Shown here in pieces: positions 1-12,660 of a stretch of DNA of 64,000 nucleotides. The notes under the pieces are model-generated. The model had not been told where the DNA came from and ran no database searches. It saw only the letters and a program-made list of their open reading frames with translations. How positions within the stretch are numbered: position 1 is the stretch's first letter; every line of letters begins with the position of its first letter. The translations under genes and the position numbers were made by a program. Location: positions 5,952,001-6,016,000 of the forward strand of contig CM119372.1 of assembly GCA_051294905.1 (NCBI GenBank), read 5' to 3'. The stretch is from Botryllus schlosseri. Taxonomy: Eukaryota.

Positions 1-238
1 GGCTATGGCCAAATCAAAAATATATGACCATTGTTTTGCAATAAAATCGTACATGCAGTTTCGTGTGATAGAAGGCTCTGAGTGTCTTGAAAAACCAAGC
101 TGGACTCTGAAGCCCAGGGGTGTGCAACTGTGCATGTACAATTGTACATATGTACAATTAAAAATATGCATAATCGGCAGTAACGTAGTAATTTTGCTTT
201 ATAACTAGCAGAATACTTCCTTCCTATACTTTTTTCAG

Positions 239-445
239 CTGTGACATGTATGGAAGATCCTAGTTTTCCAAATGCCACTCTGGAGGCTTCATGCGCTAAA
301 AACAGTACTGGTACCACATGCAAAATAACATGTAACGATGGCTATTATGTGATTGGATCTGCAATGGCAACATGTGTTGAAGGCGACGGATCAGGCGGTT
401 CCGACACAGACGGAGTGTGGGAGTACGGAGATACTGAATGTATAC
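239..445 (+). CDS. Intact sushi/CCP exon (type A), upstream cluster
   Basis: TTTTTCAG acceptor, GTAAGT donor, 207 nt, phase 1-1, six Cys plus W (VTCMEDP...GVWEYGDTEC). Confidence 0.85.
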
Positions 446-693
446 GTAAGTCGTCTGCAGTGGTCTAAATCCGACGAAGGTGCAGATGTTGCAAGAATGA
501 TTGGATTTCGGATTTCGTACAATTATATTCATATAACTGAAAATGGGTCAATATACTTGTACACTATACAGATAACATTAAAAAAAATGAAAATTCTTCA
601 CTCTTCGCACGATGTATCAGGTGGCGGGATAGCGTGGTGGAATAACCCACAGCTCCAACACCGATCCAAAATATGATACACATACGTCTGCAG

Positions 694-3232
694 TAGGGTT
701 CGATTATCCGGATAACGGTTAACCGGGTAACCGATTACCCGTAGATTTTTTTCCTATCTGATATCCTGATATAATTCTGCCGGTTAACCGGTTAAAAGAG
801 TATCTTTGCGATTGCGTTTTACACTTTTTAGTAAGTTTCAAGAAGTTGTATCATCAGTATTGCGCGCGGCAAATTAGCGAGAAGCGTGTTGCCAATTAAA
901 GAGATTAATCTGTGCCGCAAGCTCGTCCATCGCCGCTGGCCTAATTTATCGCGTCTTCAACAAGCCTAGTTCCGCTGGCTTGAAGAATAGCATCTGCAAT
1001 AGTCTTTGTGCACACTATACCATCGCTTGCCTGCACAATCGCATCTGCATTGGCGTGGTGCGCGCGATATTATCGCTGGCCTATGCAATCCCATCTGAAA
1101 TAGGCCTGGTACGAAAGATATCGCCGCCGGCCTAACTATTGCGTGCGCCGTGCCATTTGTGGCACGCGAGATGATTTTTCATGGAACGCCAAATGATTTC
1201 ACGCAAACGACATATTGAGACCAAGTTTTTGCAAAAAGTGAAACAGAAATTTTCAAAATGTACAAAGTTGGTAGGCGATCCAAAATCATTTGGTAAATAA
1301 ACATAAAATAGAGTCTTTCAGGGCAGATTTTACTTTCGTCGAATTTTTTTTCCGCGCTTCGCACGATTTCTTAGAACCCGTTTTCTTGGTTATAATGTGG
1401 GAACCCCCAATAAATAACTATATATGTATATAGAAAATGTATTTAAAAACTATGCACTATGTACAGAAATGAGTCAACCGTATTAGCAGCTATGAAGGAA
1501 CGTCAACCGTATGAAACCCTCTGGATCCTTTAGTCTAGGAGTAGGAGTGTTATTCATTGTGCAGCCTACGGGAGCGCAACTTATGAACCGGCGCTGGGCA
1601 TTTTCACGCTATAGAAGACACGGCCTAGACATAAAGTTTCGGACAACATGCGACCATGCGGTGTATGCGTTGCCAAAATGATTGGCGGTGATAAAACCGT
1701 GAAACAAAATAACCGTGGCATGCTGGCCAAAATGCTCGACATTGATACGTCCAGTCCACTGTCGAGGCGCCGAAGTGACATAGTCCAGCGCTCGCAGCTT
1801 GAGCCTCACGTATCAAATGAGACCTGCCGAGGAAAATAATGAGCTCCGTGTCGAAATGCGAATTTGAAATCGTGTTCGTCTCTCGGAAGGAGATATTCTT
1901 TTAGTTTAGTCTGGTATGCAAGCGATTCGATCATATCTAGGGCAATGACAAGCTTTACTGCTTTACCGCGACCTTTGCAGAAAAATCTAGTGTCAGACAC
2001 CAAACCGACTTGAATGATACAGGGGTGACACATTTTTCATCTTCCTCAGACCATATCATCGTAACAGCACTGATTGGCCAGTCACTTATTGGATACATTA
2101 CCGAACACAGTGGACTTGGAAACGACCAAATCGACCACAGACGATCGATCATTACCCTATTGCGCAACTGAAAATATATTATGTAAATATCACGTACATG
2201 TAAGCGATAGGTCGGGTGCGGTAGCGACCAAAATTCATTCATTCCCTTCGCGGCCAATCAGAATAACTGGCGTGACGGATGCCGTTGCCAGCTGCAGAAA
2301 ACGGTTGATGGTATTCCTTGCTTGAAACGTTAAATATTATTAAATTGACTATTTGGCACGCAAGCTGGCAAAAAATTTACATTCTTATGACATTTTGGCA
2401 CGCAACACACAAAACGTTGCCGGCCCCTGAACTATCGCGTATCGGGCCTAGCATGCGTTGGCTCCTATCTCTCGATGGCTTGGAGACTACATATGCCGGT
2501 AAGTATACGATGATTAGCGATTGTGATTAAAGTGTGACATCGCGAAACTGAATGACATCGAATGTTCGCAAACATGTGTGTGGTGTGCGTGCATGCATGC
2601 GTAATTGATTTCCGCTGATACTTAATTCGAAAAAAATCGAAACCCCCCATTTCATTTCAAACCCCCCTTATTTTCGGCTGACTAAGCGCCTGATCACGTG
2701 AATTTCTCAAGGAGGAATTAGAGCGAGCTATCATGTCGGCATCAATTCCAGTATCAGCTACTCGTCCTTCCAGTATTCCAAACCTAAACAGAAGAAGGGT
2801 CAAAAAATAATGTCAAATCTTTGAAGTTTCCGGGAAATCTTTTTAGACGCTCTACCAAGCGATGCTTACTATTCAGCCCACTTCTGTGGAAGCAGAAAGA
2901 GCATTCAGTGCATGTGGATCATCTGTTACAAAACTCCGATCCCGTCTACGCAGGATTCCACAATCGATGCATTGTGCTTTATGAGGAGCAATGAACATTA
3001 AATTTGCGTGATTTTTCTCTTATTCGCTCGTATACTGCGCGTGTACGTAGCTTAAATCTATAATAACACTGTGTGATGATTTTACGATCCATTTTTCAAA
3101 CGAGCCTCGTTAAACCGATCGTCTCACTTAGCAGTTATTATCCGGTTAACCGGTTAGATAACTTCCAAATATAGCCTACGGATATGTCCATTATCCGGAT
3201 GGTGGAAATTATTGATATCCGAACTAACCCTG
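694..3232 (+). mobile_element. Non-autonomous hAT transposon with transposase C-terminal remnant
   Basis: Termini TAGGGTT...AACCCTG; exact 8-bp TSD gtctgcag (686-693, 3233-3240); PTSVEAERAFS...RSRL...TIDALCF dimerisation motif at about 2862-2988. Confidence 0.9.
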
Positions 3233-3620
3233 GTCTGCAGTATACTTTCCTCATTCCCATCAACTCATGAAGTGCGTACATGCCGGAGTAAAGCATAGCC
3301 CAACCATGGCGACTTGTTCTGCAAAGTAAATGAAATCGATCGAGATTGTATTTTGATATCCCCTTAGAAGGCATTCAGCGTATATCTACATCTACAGTGT
3401 TTTTGACATTGATACTTGAAAATATAGAGTAAATATGACTCCTGTAATAGAGAAGTCTCCAGATTCGTGTCATAAACGGACCAGTAAACCGTTAACGGAC
3501 TTTAACCAGGATGAAGTCGTTATGCAGCATTTTTACGGTTGGTGGTCGTCACATCAGAACATCCATTCCGTCCCAGTGATATATAACTACAAATTCGAGG
3601 GTTCCAACCATTCCATATAG

Positions 3621-4321
3621 CAGTGGTTCCCAACTTTTTTCGTCTCGTGCCCCCCTTGGCCGATATTTGAGCTAAAATCCCCCCCCCCCCTATGAAAAAG
3701 TTGCCTGTGACTAAAAAAATTTGCTTTTTAACGCGCAACCATGTGTTGACTGAGCAATTATTGGCCAAACATATTCAGATATGTCCGAACTATGGCGAAT
3801 CCGGACCGCACTAAACGTTGGTAAGGTACAGTCAAATATGACCTGTTTTTGACCGATCAGGTAGCCGCTGACAAAAAATAAATCACCAAGTCCGCTTGCT
3901 ATGGACTTGGGTTGAATCGATGAATTTGGTACGGTATGTTTTCCACGTTAGCTCATATGTTGGCTTGAAAAGGTAAACAATTTCACTAGCGGCCTTGTGC
4001 TGAATTAGGGTTGATGTTTTCCTGCTTAGTTGCAATTTGGTCGAGAGGTTGTCGCGGACCCAATGAAATCGTCTCGTGAGCCTCACTTTATCTTGGTGTG
4101 TAATAGCTACGGAAGGCATTTAAACATATACCTAGCATGAAATCGGCCAAAGAAACATACAATTGTAAAGAACTAATTTCTACTCAACAGGTCTATACCA
4201 TAAAAAATCTAAAAACATTGTGAACCCAGTGTATCTTCCGATACAATGCCAAAGCCAGATTCCCCCCTAAAAATTTCAAAATTCCCCCCAAGGAGAATTC
4301 CCCCCCGGTTGGGAACCACTG
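3621..4321. mobile_element. hAT (Charlie-like) non-autonomous element
   Basis: 14-bp TIR cagtggttcccaac; TSD ccatatag/ccatatgg. Confidence 0.82.
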
Positions 4322-4884
4322 CCATATGGTATACCTCGACTATATCGGCTGCAAATCGTCCATAAGTTCATCATATATCGATTTTTCTAATTTATATATA
4401 CAATTATGGCATTATTATGGCATTATTCAACGTTTAAAAACAACATTTTGTTTTACTAGAGACATTTTTTAAATCATGTTTTAAGCATATTGTTTTCCAT
4501 CACGATTAGTTTAGTGCAGTGGTTCTTAAACGGAATGGCGCGCTCCCCTTTGGGGGCGTGAAAGCATCTGAAGGAGACCGAACTGCAGTCAACTGAAAAA
4601 TCTTACATGCAATTCATAGTTATTGCTCTGGGTATTGGCAGAATTTCCTATTTGAGAATTCTCTCATCAACAGTCATAACCTTCCATGACATCAAACTAT
4701 ATATAAACATGTTTATTAACTCATTTATAGAAATATTACTGTTTAAAAAATACCTCACTTTGGAAATAGGACGATAACTGTTTATAAAAACTATAAATAT
4801 AACTCATTTATAGTTCATTACCTTGAAATGACTAATAAGCATGGTGCTCGGACTAATTGCCAAATATCCTTACTATGTTTATAG

Positions 4885-5086
4885 CTATGAAATGTGGTGA
4901 ACTTCGGAATTTTCAAAATGGAGATTTTGGGGGTGCACAGTGCACATGCACACTCCTCTTATAGCGCGGTCAATACAACGTTCGTCACAGCATGTAACGA
5001 TGGTAACACAACAACATGTACTGATTCCGACTTGTCGAGTGATATCATTATTGCAAGACAATGGGATTGTGACACTACGTGTAGTG
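4885..5086 (+). pseudogene. Disabled sushi exon (type C-like)
   Basis: Homologous to the 10448 exon but with a frameshifting insertion (tgcacagtgcacatgcac), loss of YYRNGS, a Cys to Phe change and no good donor. Confidence 0.8.
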
Positions 5087-5158
5087 TACTGTTAAGTCCT
5101 CTATATTGTGGCTTAATTAGGACTTATATTGTGGCTTAATTAGGACTAACGTTTAGAT

Positions 5159-6018
5159 CAGTGGTTCTTAACCTGGGGGTAATTACCCCCAAAGGGGTAA
5201 TTTACCAATTGTTGGGGGGTAATTCAAAGTGACGTTTTTTAAATACTTATAACGGCGCACTGAAGTATTTTCGAACGTAAATCTTAATGTAGGTCAACAT
5301 ATACTTTTGCCAGCTTGTATATATTTCGTTTCACTTAGCACACCATGGCTGCTGTGATATCATAGTAACCATCAGTGATTATGAATTGCAGGGCCGAATG
5401 TTTTGTAGTATAGTGCTAGGTAAGTCCAATTTATTTTGCAGTAGCCTAGTGCGGATCATATATTGTTGGGCACGCTGACAAATATAAAGACAACAAGTGG
5501 CATCCCAAGGTTAGCTTTACACCTATAATGCAGTAACAATATCGTACAAATATAGTATAGTTAGTATTGAAACGTGTAGTGGTGGTCTATTCTAGTCAGT
5601 AAAATTAGGTCTGAAATCATCGAAGAAAAGAGGGAAAGGTTTTGGAACATTTTTGGGTACGCCTTCAAAATAAATAACCGATGTTGATCATAAACTCATA
5701 ATGGCATTGAACTTTCTGATTGAATTTCCTCCAACGTATTGCTGTGAAGTAGGATTTTCTGCAATGTTATCTATCGAAACCAAATAAGTTTGCGATGGAC
5801 AATGACATGAGAGATGCCGTCTATTATCCTCCCCTTCTAGATTTGACTACTACTAGATAACAGTAAAACAGCATCAGCTTCTCCATTGACTTGGTATTTT
5901 TAACAGGCATTTCAGTGTTCATTATGATGTCATATTTGCGCTGTTTTTGAAAAGGGCTAATTGCATCCTGTCATTGTCTTCTTGGGGGTAACGATATGAA
6001 AAAGGTTAAGAACCACTG
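5159..6018. mobile_element. hAT (Charlie-like) non-autonomous element
   Basis: 16-bp TIR cagtggttcttaacct; exact TSD gtttagat. Confidence 0.88.
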
Positions 6019-6327
6019 GTTTAGATGGTGCAAGAATGATTTCATTCTCTATTTGCTACACGTATATTCACGTCATTGAAATTGGGTAAAAATACAAATC
6101 ATGTTATGAAAATTCGCATTATTTGTTTACTCTCCACACGATAAACCTCTGCCACATCTGTTTCAATTACTCTTTGTTTCCTCTTCACTTTTTTTTCGAG
6201 AAGAGCATATCCGTGTTCTAAGTTGTGCCAAATGAACTAATGAAATAGAAAATCAAGTCAGACTGAAATTTTGGCATATCTACTACTTTCAAATTTCCAT
6301 CGTATAGCCTACTTAATTTTTTCACAG

Positions 6328-9300
6328 CCATTACTTGCGAGACATCTCCAAATGTGACGAACGGGTATATAGCAGATGGATGTGACAGCGGAAGCGAATA
6401 CAGTGAAACATGTGAAATAACCTGTTATGAGGGTTACTATATTAGCGGGGAAGAAAAGATCACGTGCACTGTTAAAAATAGTCTATGCCAAATTACTGGT
6501 CTGGTCCTGGCAGCAGTTTTACGACTCTGAGACCAGTAAATTTGAAAAATATTTTCCCGTAAATAATATTGACCGTAATTTATTTTTACAAAGACTGACT
6601 GTTGAAATTTTTACGGAAAATTCCCGTTACCGGATGTAACGGAAAACGGCTGTAATACCAAGTTACTGGTCTAGTCCAGTGCAGCAGTTTTACGCTGATG
6701 AGACCAGTAAATTCAAAATAACTCTCCCCGTAATATGATTTTACATATGCTGACCGTAGGAAATTTTACGGAAAATTTCCGTAACCTAAGGTAACAGAAA
6801 TCTGCTGTAATATCAATATACTCGTCTGGTCCCTTGCAGCAGTTTTACGTTCCTGAGACCAGTAAATTTGAATCAGGTTTATTTGGTGCGGGAACACGTA
6901 AAAAAAAAGTAAGTGTGGATAATGACGAAAATCCAGTCTTTCTTGTGGAGATCATCGGTCAGCAACTGCCTGAATGAAGAGGGCTTCATCAAAACTTCAG
7001 CAGCAGTTGAAGGACTGTACGTTGGGCCATGCTCTTTTGTAGGTTCATCTATAATCTGAACAAAGATTATGCTGTCATCAACACCGTTACAATTTGGAAA
7101 CTTTGAGACGCTATAGTATGACATACTGCGGCTTTTCATATTCTTGTCAATTTCTCAAATAATGATGGCCTAGGATAGCGATGTCGAACATAAGGCCAGC
7201 AGGCCGCATGCGGCCTGCGAAGCAATTCTGAGTAGTTTGAAAAACCCCTGTATTACCCAGCACATTTTCTAACAAATGTTGAGATATTATTGTAAGAAAT
7301 GCTTCCCGCAGGGCCACAAATGTCAAGATCATAGACCGTGATATAATTATCCGACAGTGGTGTTATGGTTTTACTCTAGTCATCATCAGGAACAAGTTGG
7401 TGATACTGACATCCAATTCCAAAAACTCCAAAAAGTGCACACTGAGTTCATATTTTTATGAAGAAATGAGCCAAAAAGTAGTTATTCGTGAAGTGAAAAA
7501 AACTGTTATATGCAGGTCGCATGGAAAATATAATAGTTATAAAAAATACAATTCAAATATATTTGGTCGCACTGCTGTATCACTTCTACTCTAAGGCCCC
7601 AGACAGACAGAGAAACCCGAATGACGATTAATAATGAGCCAAATTCTAACGTCTGCGTTTACAATTAAATCACTTGTGTTCCTCAAAGCGCATACGATGA
7701 GTTAACGGCAGATTAAAACAAAGGGAGCATACAAATATGTCAGCTTATTCCGTGGTTAGAGTCAGTGTTTAAGCGGTTGAATTCAAACGATCAATCTTTG
7801 AATTTTTGCCAAACTTCCGTTGTTTGCGAGTAAAGGTGCTGCTAGAATATATCCATATGATATGATCGTGAATGTTATGTAATATACCAAAATGTATACA
7901 GGATTGATAATAAACTATTTAAGCGAAAAGTAAGGTCGGGCGTTTTGATGTACCGTAACATTTTGGAATGATTTGACTGATCCGGCCCACGAGCGGTTTG
8001 AAAGTTTGAATCTGGCCAGCGACGCAAGTTGAGTTTGATACGGATACCCTTGGCCTAGGACTTCGTACCTGAATCATCTTTTCCAGCGTGATTGCAAACT
8101 TTTCTGGCAATACTCCTTTGCATCGCACGTCCAATGTATTTCGCACGGCATTGTGCTAGAAGCGAGAGGCGAAATGATCCCTTTCTATCACATAAGCATT
8201 CGACGTCATGATTCATAATGCCATAACGCTTCCATTTTCGTGTAGTTCAATGTCAGAAAATGTAAGACATTCTTATAAGCCATAGCTTCTGTTCACCATT
8301 AAACTGTAACGAAAATACATACGTCTTCAGAAACAGGACTGAGAATAACTTGCCAGATTTGAGCTCGGATACTGCTATACCTACAATATCTGCTATCAAC
8401 ACCTGCAATATTCTAAAGCTAGAGTTAAGCTGTGGCTTCGAAACCCTCAATATCTTGCAGCAACGCATCTTGTTATTATCCAATACGAAAACATCGCGTC
8501 GATATAATATCTACCTCGGAACATTCAGCCGCACGTGCTCAGGCTCAGATATGTCTGACGTCTGACGCCACTATGTCTGGAATATGTATGACGTCACAAT
8601 GTACTGTTCGCTCGAGCAGCTACGATTTCATGATCAAACAATTCACAAGGCCATTCGCAGGAAAAAGGTAAAGGACGTCTACTACTCTAGTCTCAATGCC
8701 AAAGGAGCATGGCGGCTAAACACCAGCTCCAGTGTTTCGATATATAGTTTGGATCATACATGCGTTAAGGAGTCTACAATGGTGGCAGAACTGGTCCAAC
8801 AGATAATTACACAAAAGATCATACCTGCATTAAAACTACATAACATACCAAATTCGCTTGCCATGCTACTATTGCTAGACCTTGATGTCTCAAAGGATAC
8901 TATTTATGAAGCGATATAAACGATGGTATCTGCAATGCCCAAATGTTCGGATACCATTCACCGATTAGCAATCAGCACCGCCATCGATGTCGTAATTTGG
9001 TTGATGATTGAAACATGATGTAATTACGAAAATCACATATATATATGTACATAAGACCGTAAGCGTGTAAAATGATCGAATTGTGAGTTCAATAGCAATG
9101 TTGCAAATGATGATTATCCAGTAAATCGCTTTTACGAATGCAAAAGTAAATCCGGAATACTTATTATCCAGTAAACTGCTCTTACAAATCCAAAAGTAAA
9201 TCTGAAATACTGGTTATCCCGTAAATTGCTTCTACGAATTTAGTCTGTAATTTTTTTACCCTCTAAAAACAAGTAAATTTACTTTTGACGTGCCCGTATA

Positions 9301-9462
9301 TTAATTTAACGGGCATTTACCGTTAATATAACTGACGGGACAAATTTACCGGTATAATTTGGGTAAATCTACGAATATTTCTAAGAGTGTGTGTCGATGA
9401 GCCTGGTCAAGATGACACAAACAAAGTAGGCGAATGGAACTACGGTGACACAAACTGTACAG
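6328..9462 (+). pseudogene. Sushi exon (type B) split by a transposon: 6328-6466 plus 9392-9462
   Basis: Removing 6467-9389 and one TG copy restores an open 210-nt exon (ITCETSPNV...KITCVDEP...[11 protein letters not shown]) with intact acceptor and donor. Confidence 0.9.
6467..9389. mobile_element. CACTA/EnSpm-like (CMC) element inserted in a sushi exon
   Basis: Termini CACTgTTAaAAATA / CACTcTTAgAAATA; 2-bp TG TSD; triplicated subterminal repeats at about 6495-6870 and 9115-9240. Confidence 0.8.
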
Positions 9463-10447
9463 GTATTAACTACGCATATAACAGTCTGTATTTCATGTTC
9501 ACACAGCTCATACACTCTGCCCAATATACTCTCATTGCCATATAGCACTACCTATCCTATGTATAAAATACATTGAAAGGTGACTGGCGATACTAAAATT
9601 GAATATGACATTCAAAAATGCAATCATAGCTGTATACTATATATTGAAAGCTTTTTAAAACAAGCATGTTTTCTATTGTTTTTAACCATGGATTGACATT
9701 GACAATTGAAAATATAGGGAAATATTAGGGATGGTGAACCTCAGAGAACCTCGGAAACAAACCCATGTGAATATTTTACATATAATATATTTTTTCACGT
9801 CATTATAACATCTTTGGTTGAGATAATTCCCCACTAAACTTTCGCCCACACACCGCATACTGCTGACAGATTGAAAGGAATTTCGGCACCAAGTGAAATG
9901 CATCTTATTTCCCTTTTCAAAAATTTCATTTCCTACGGTAGAAAAGATGGCTCGAAATATTCAGCTTTCCGTTTCTGAACCATTAGCGACTCTCTGCTGT
10001 GAGCTTGGCATGCAATGGATATTATATCAATTTATTGACATCGGCGAAACTGATATAAAGAATTCATCATTGTCTAATATAAAAAGTGTAGCGAACGAAC
10101 GGGATCCATTTTGATTTTGCATGTTTATTGTATAATATGAACCAAATCTTCTCCAGGTGTTGGCTACTGTATAACTTAATTTTGAGTTAATATCTGTAGG
10201 AAGATTATTTTCCCTTGCAAGTCTTCGTGGAAATCGAAAAAATGCAAATTTATTAGATTTTATGGAATTATTATAGCGTTTGATTGTTTCACTTGATACA
10301 TTTGGTGATGCTTAAATGACGGTGATGCTGAATGTGACGTGACGTCACATCACTTTAATGTCTTGTATACATATATTTCATTGCCATTAAATATCTAATT
10401 AGCATGGTGCTGGGACTAGTTGGAAAATATCCTTACCGTGTTTATAG

Positions 10448-10654
10448 CTATCAAATGTGGTCAACTTCCAAATTTTCCAAATGGCGAGTTTGGTGATGAG
10501 TGCTCCTCAGGTAGTGCAGTCAATACAACGTGCGTCATAACCTGTAACGATGGGTATTACCGTAATGGAAGTGACACAGCAACATGTATTGATGCCGACT
10601 TGGCGAATAATACCAATATGGATGGAGAATGGGATTATGATACCACATGTGCAC
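10448..10654 (+). CDS. Intact sushi exon (type C), upstream cluster
   Basis: TTTATAG acceptor, GTAAGT donor, 207 nt, phase 1-1, six Cys. Confidence 0.85.
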
Positions 10655-12660
10655 GTAAGTCGTCTAAAGTGTTGGCTTAGTTCCCAGTAGTTCAAACGTT
10701 GCGTTGCATTTTCTGTTTGTTCATATCATCGATAGCACTGGTCTACAAATATTTCAAAACATTATGCGCCTAAAATAGGCTAATTCTTCGGTGCTGCATA
10801 TAATTCTGGCATCAGAATTTCTCTAACACCTCCATTTTTTCGCAAAGAATTTTGCTGAATTTCATGAATTAATCAAATTTTTACTGATTGTATAACAGCA
10901 ACAGATCATATATTGCTATTGAAATAATTTCTGATGAAAATTACGCTGTTTTAGCACAGAATGACTCAGTTTTCGTTAACCTTTTATGCATTCGTTGTCT
11001 ACGTATGTTTTTTTCAATGATGACTTCTTTTCGATTGTCGAAAATATAGGTCAGTGGTTCTCAATTTGTGGTACCGTACGCGTACTATTTGAGGTAACTA
11101 CTCGAGAATTTTTACGTAGAATTTCTACGTAGGATATTGTGTGAAATCCAAAGAGACTTATGAAAACATTAAGGATGCGTTATAAACACTGAACTACAAT
11201 GATAACTCACTGTATATCATGCGTAGACATGAAAATCATGAACTTTCAGTTGGGACAGAAAGGAAGTTGAGCCTCCTTCAAAAATCCTTTTTTTCTTTGC
11301 TACTGGGATAACAGAGCTACTGTTTCACTTCTAGTAATATTTGATAAATGATTTCTAGGCTCTGTGTGTTTGTGTTTCATAATTCAACACCACAGCAGTT
11401 CTGATTATCATACCAATTACATTTCAAAGCCGTTTCTGATTTGCAGTAATACTTTACTATGATCCAATGGTCAAATTAGAACTGGAAACCCGACTCAATT
11501 ACAAATATAAATTGCAAAACATGTCGAAACTACTTTATGGTGATGTCGAAAATGAAAGATATGGAAAATACTAAAGTCTGTAATGTCAAAAGGTATATTT
11601 GGCCGGGGCGGCGTTGCGTACTTACTCGGAGGTGACTACTTACGAAATCGCAAAACATATATATCCGAGACTAATGAAAAATGGTTACTGACATTATCCA
11701 TAGGTACAATTTTCACAGATAAATGCAGTCACTGTGATTCGGGGGCTCTTTGACGTGGTTACTATGATAACTCTGATAATGGTAATGCGACTATCCCTAA
11801 ACTACTTTCTACTTTTCAAAATCTAAATTGTGAAAGTATGTCTTTTTGCGGAAAAACTGTTCACGTAGAAGTGGACGTAATCTGAAAAGATAACACCATG
11901 TAACAAAAATTTAGTTGAGCTGATTTTTTGATATTTCCTCCACAATATTTCTTGATAAAACATGTTGCGGGCATTTTTTGCCACAATTGTCGATTAAAAA
12001 TGTAATTTTAAGCTTTTAAAACTTCCCGCACCATGTCTTTCAAGCTCCTTCAATAAATTCCCTATTAACTGTGACGTTACAGCAAGCAATCTCAAATTCC
12101 TTTCGTTTTGTTCTGTTAATACACTGATTGTGGATCTATTGAGTATAATCTCATCATTAATGTCAACATCACAAATTTAAACTCTCGGCTGACTGTTTTT
12201 GGTATATCTGTGGTCTGTATATCAGTTTGAAACATGTTAGGTACAAAATATAGATAGAAGTAAGGTTTTTTATACTTATCAACTTTATTTGGCATGACTA
12301 TCGGAGATAAGGATAAAACTGGGCACTTCATGTAATCTGCGAAACATGCCGATGAAATATGGATGGATGGCTAGGGGAAGATCGGCATTCAATGTCATTT
12401 GCTATTAAAGAATCTGAAGGAACTGCTATTTCTGTATATGGGTGACATTCCAAGGTTGAGAATAGCTACAAATGACTTGACATTGCATATCCTTTTATGC
12501 CATCTCCACTTAAGCACATGCTGCGTAGGCTATTGTAGTAACTTTTCACTGCCCAAACTATCAGACAAAAAAGCTCCAGAAGACAGGGATTAAAGATACA
12601 GAAAATGACTCCGATGACGACTTCAACATCTCTCATATAGATATAAAATCAGAACCACAC

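Noticed and set aside
6495-6870. CRISPR-like spaced repeats (also 920-1170 and 33700-34500)
   Set aside because: Eukaryotic context; these are degenerate subterminal or internal transposon repeats, with no cas genes.
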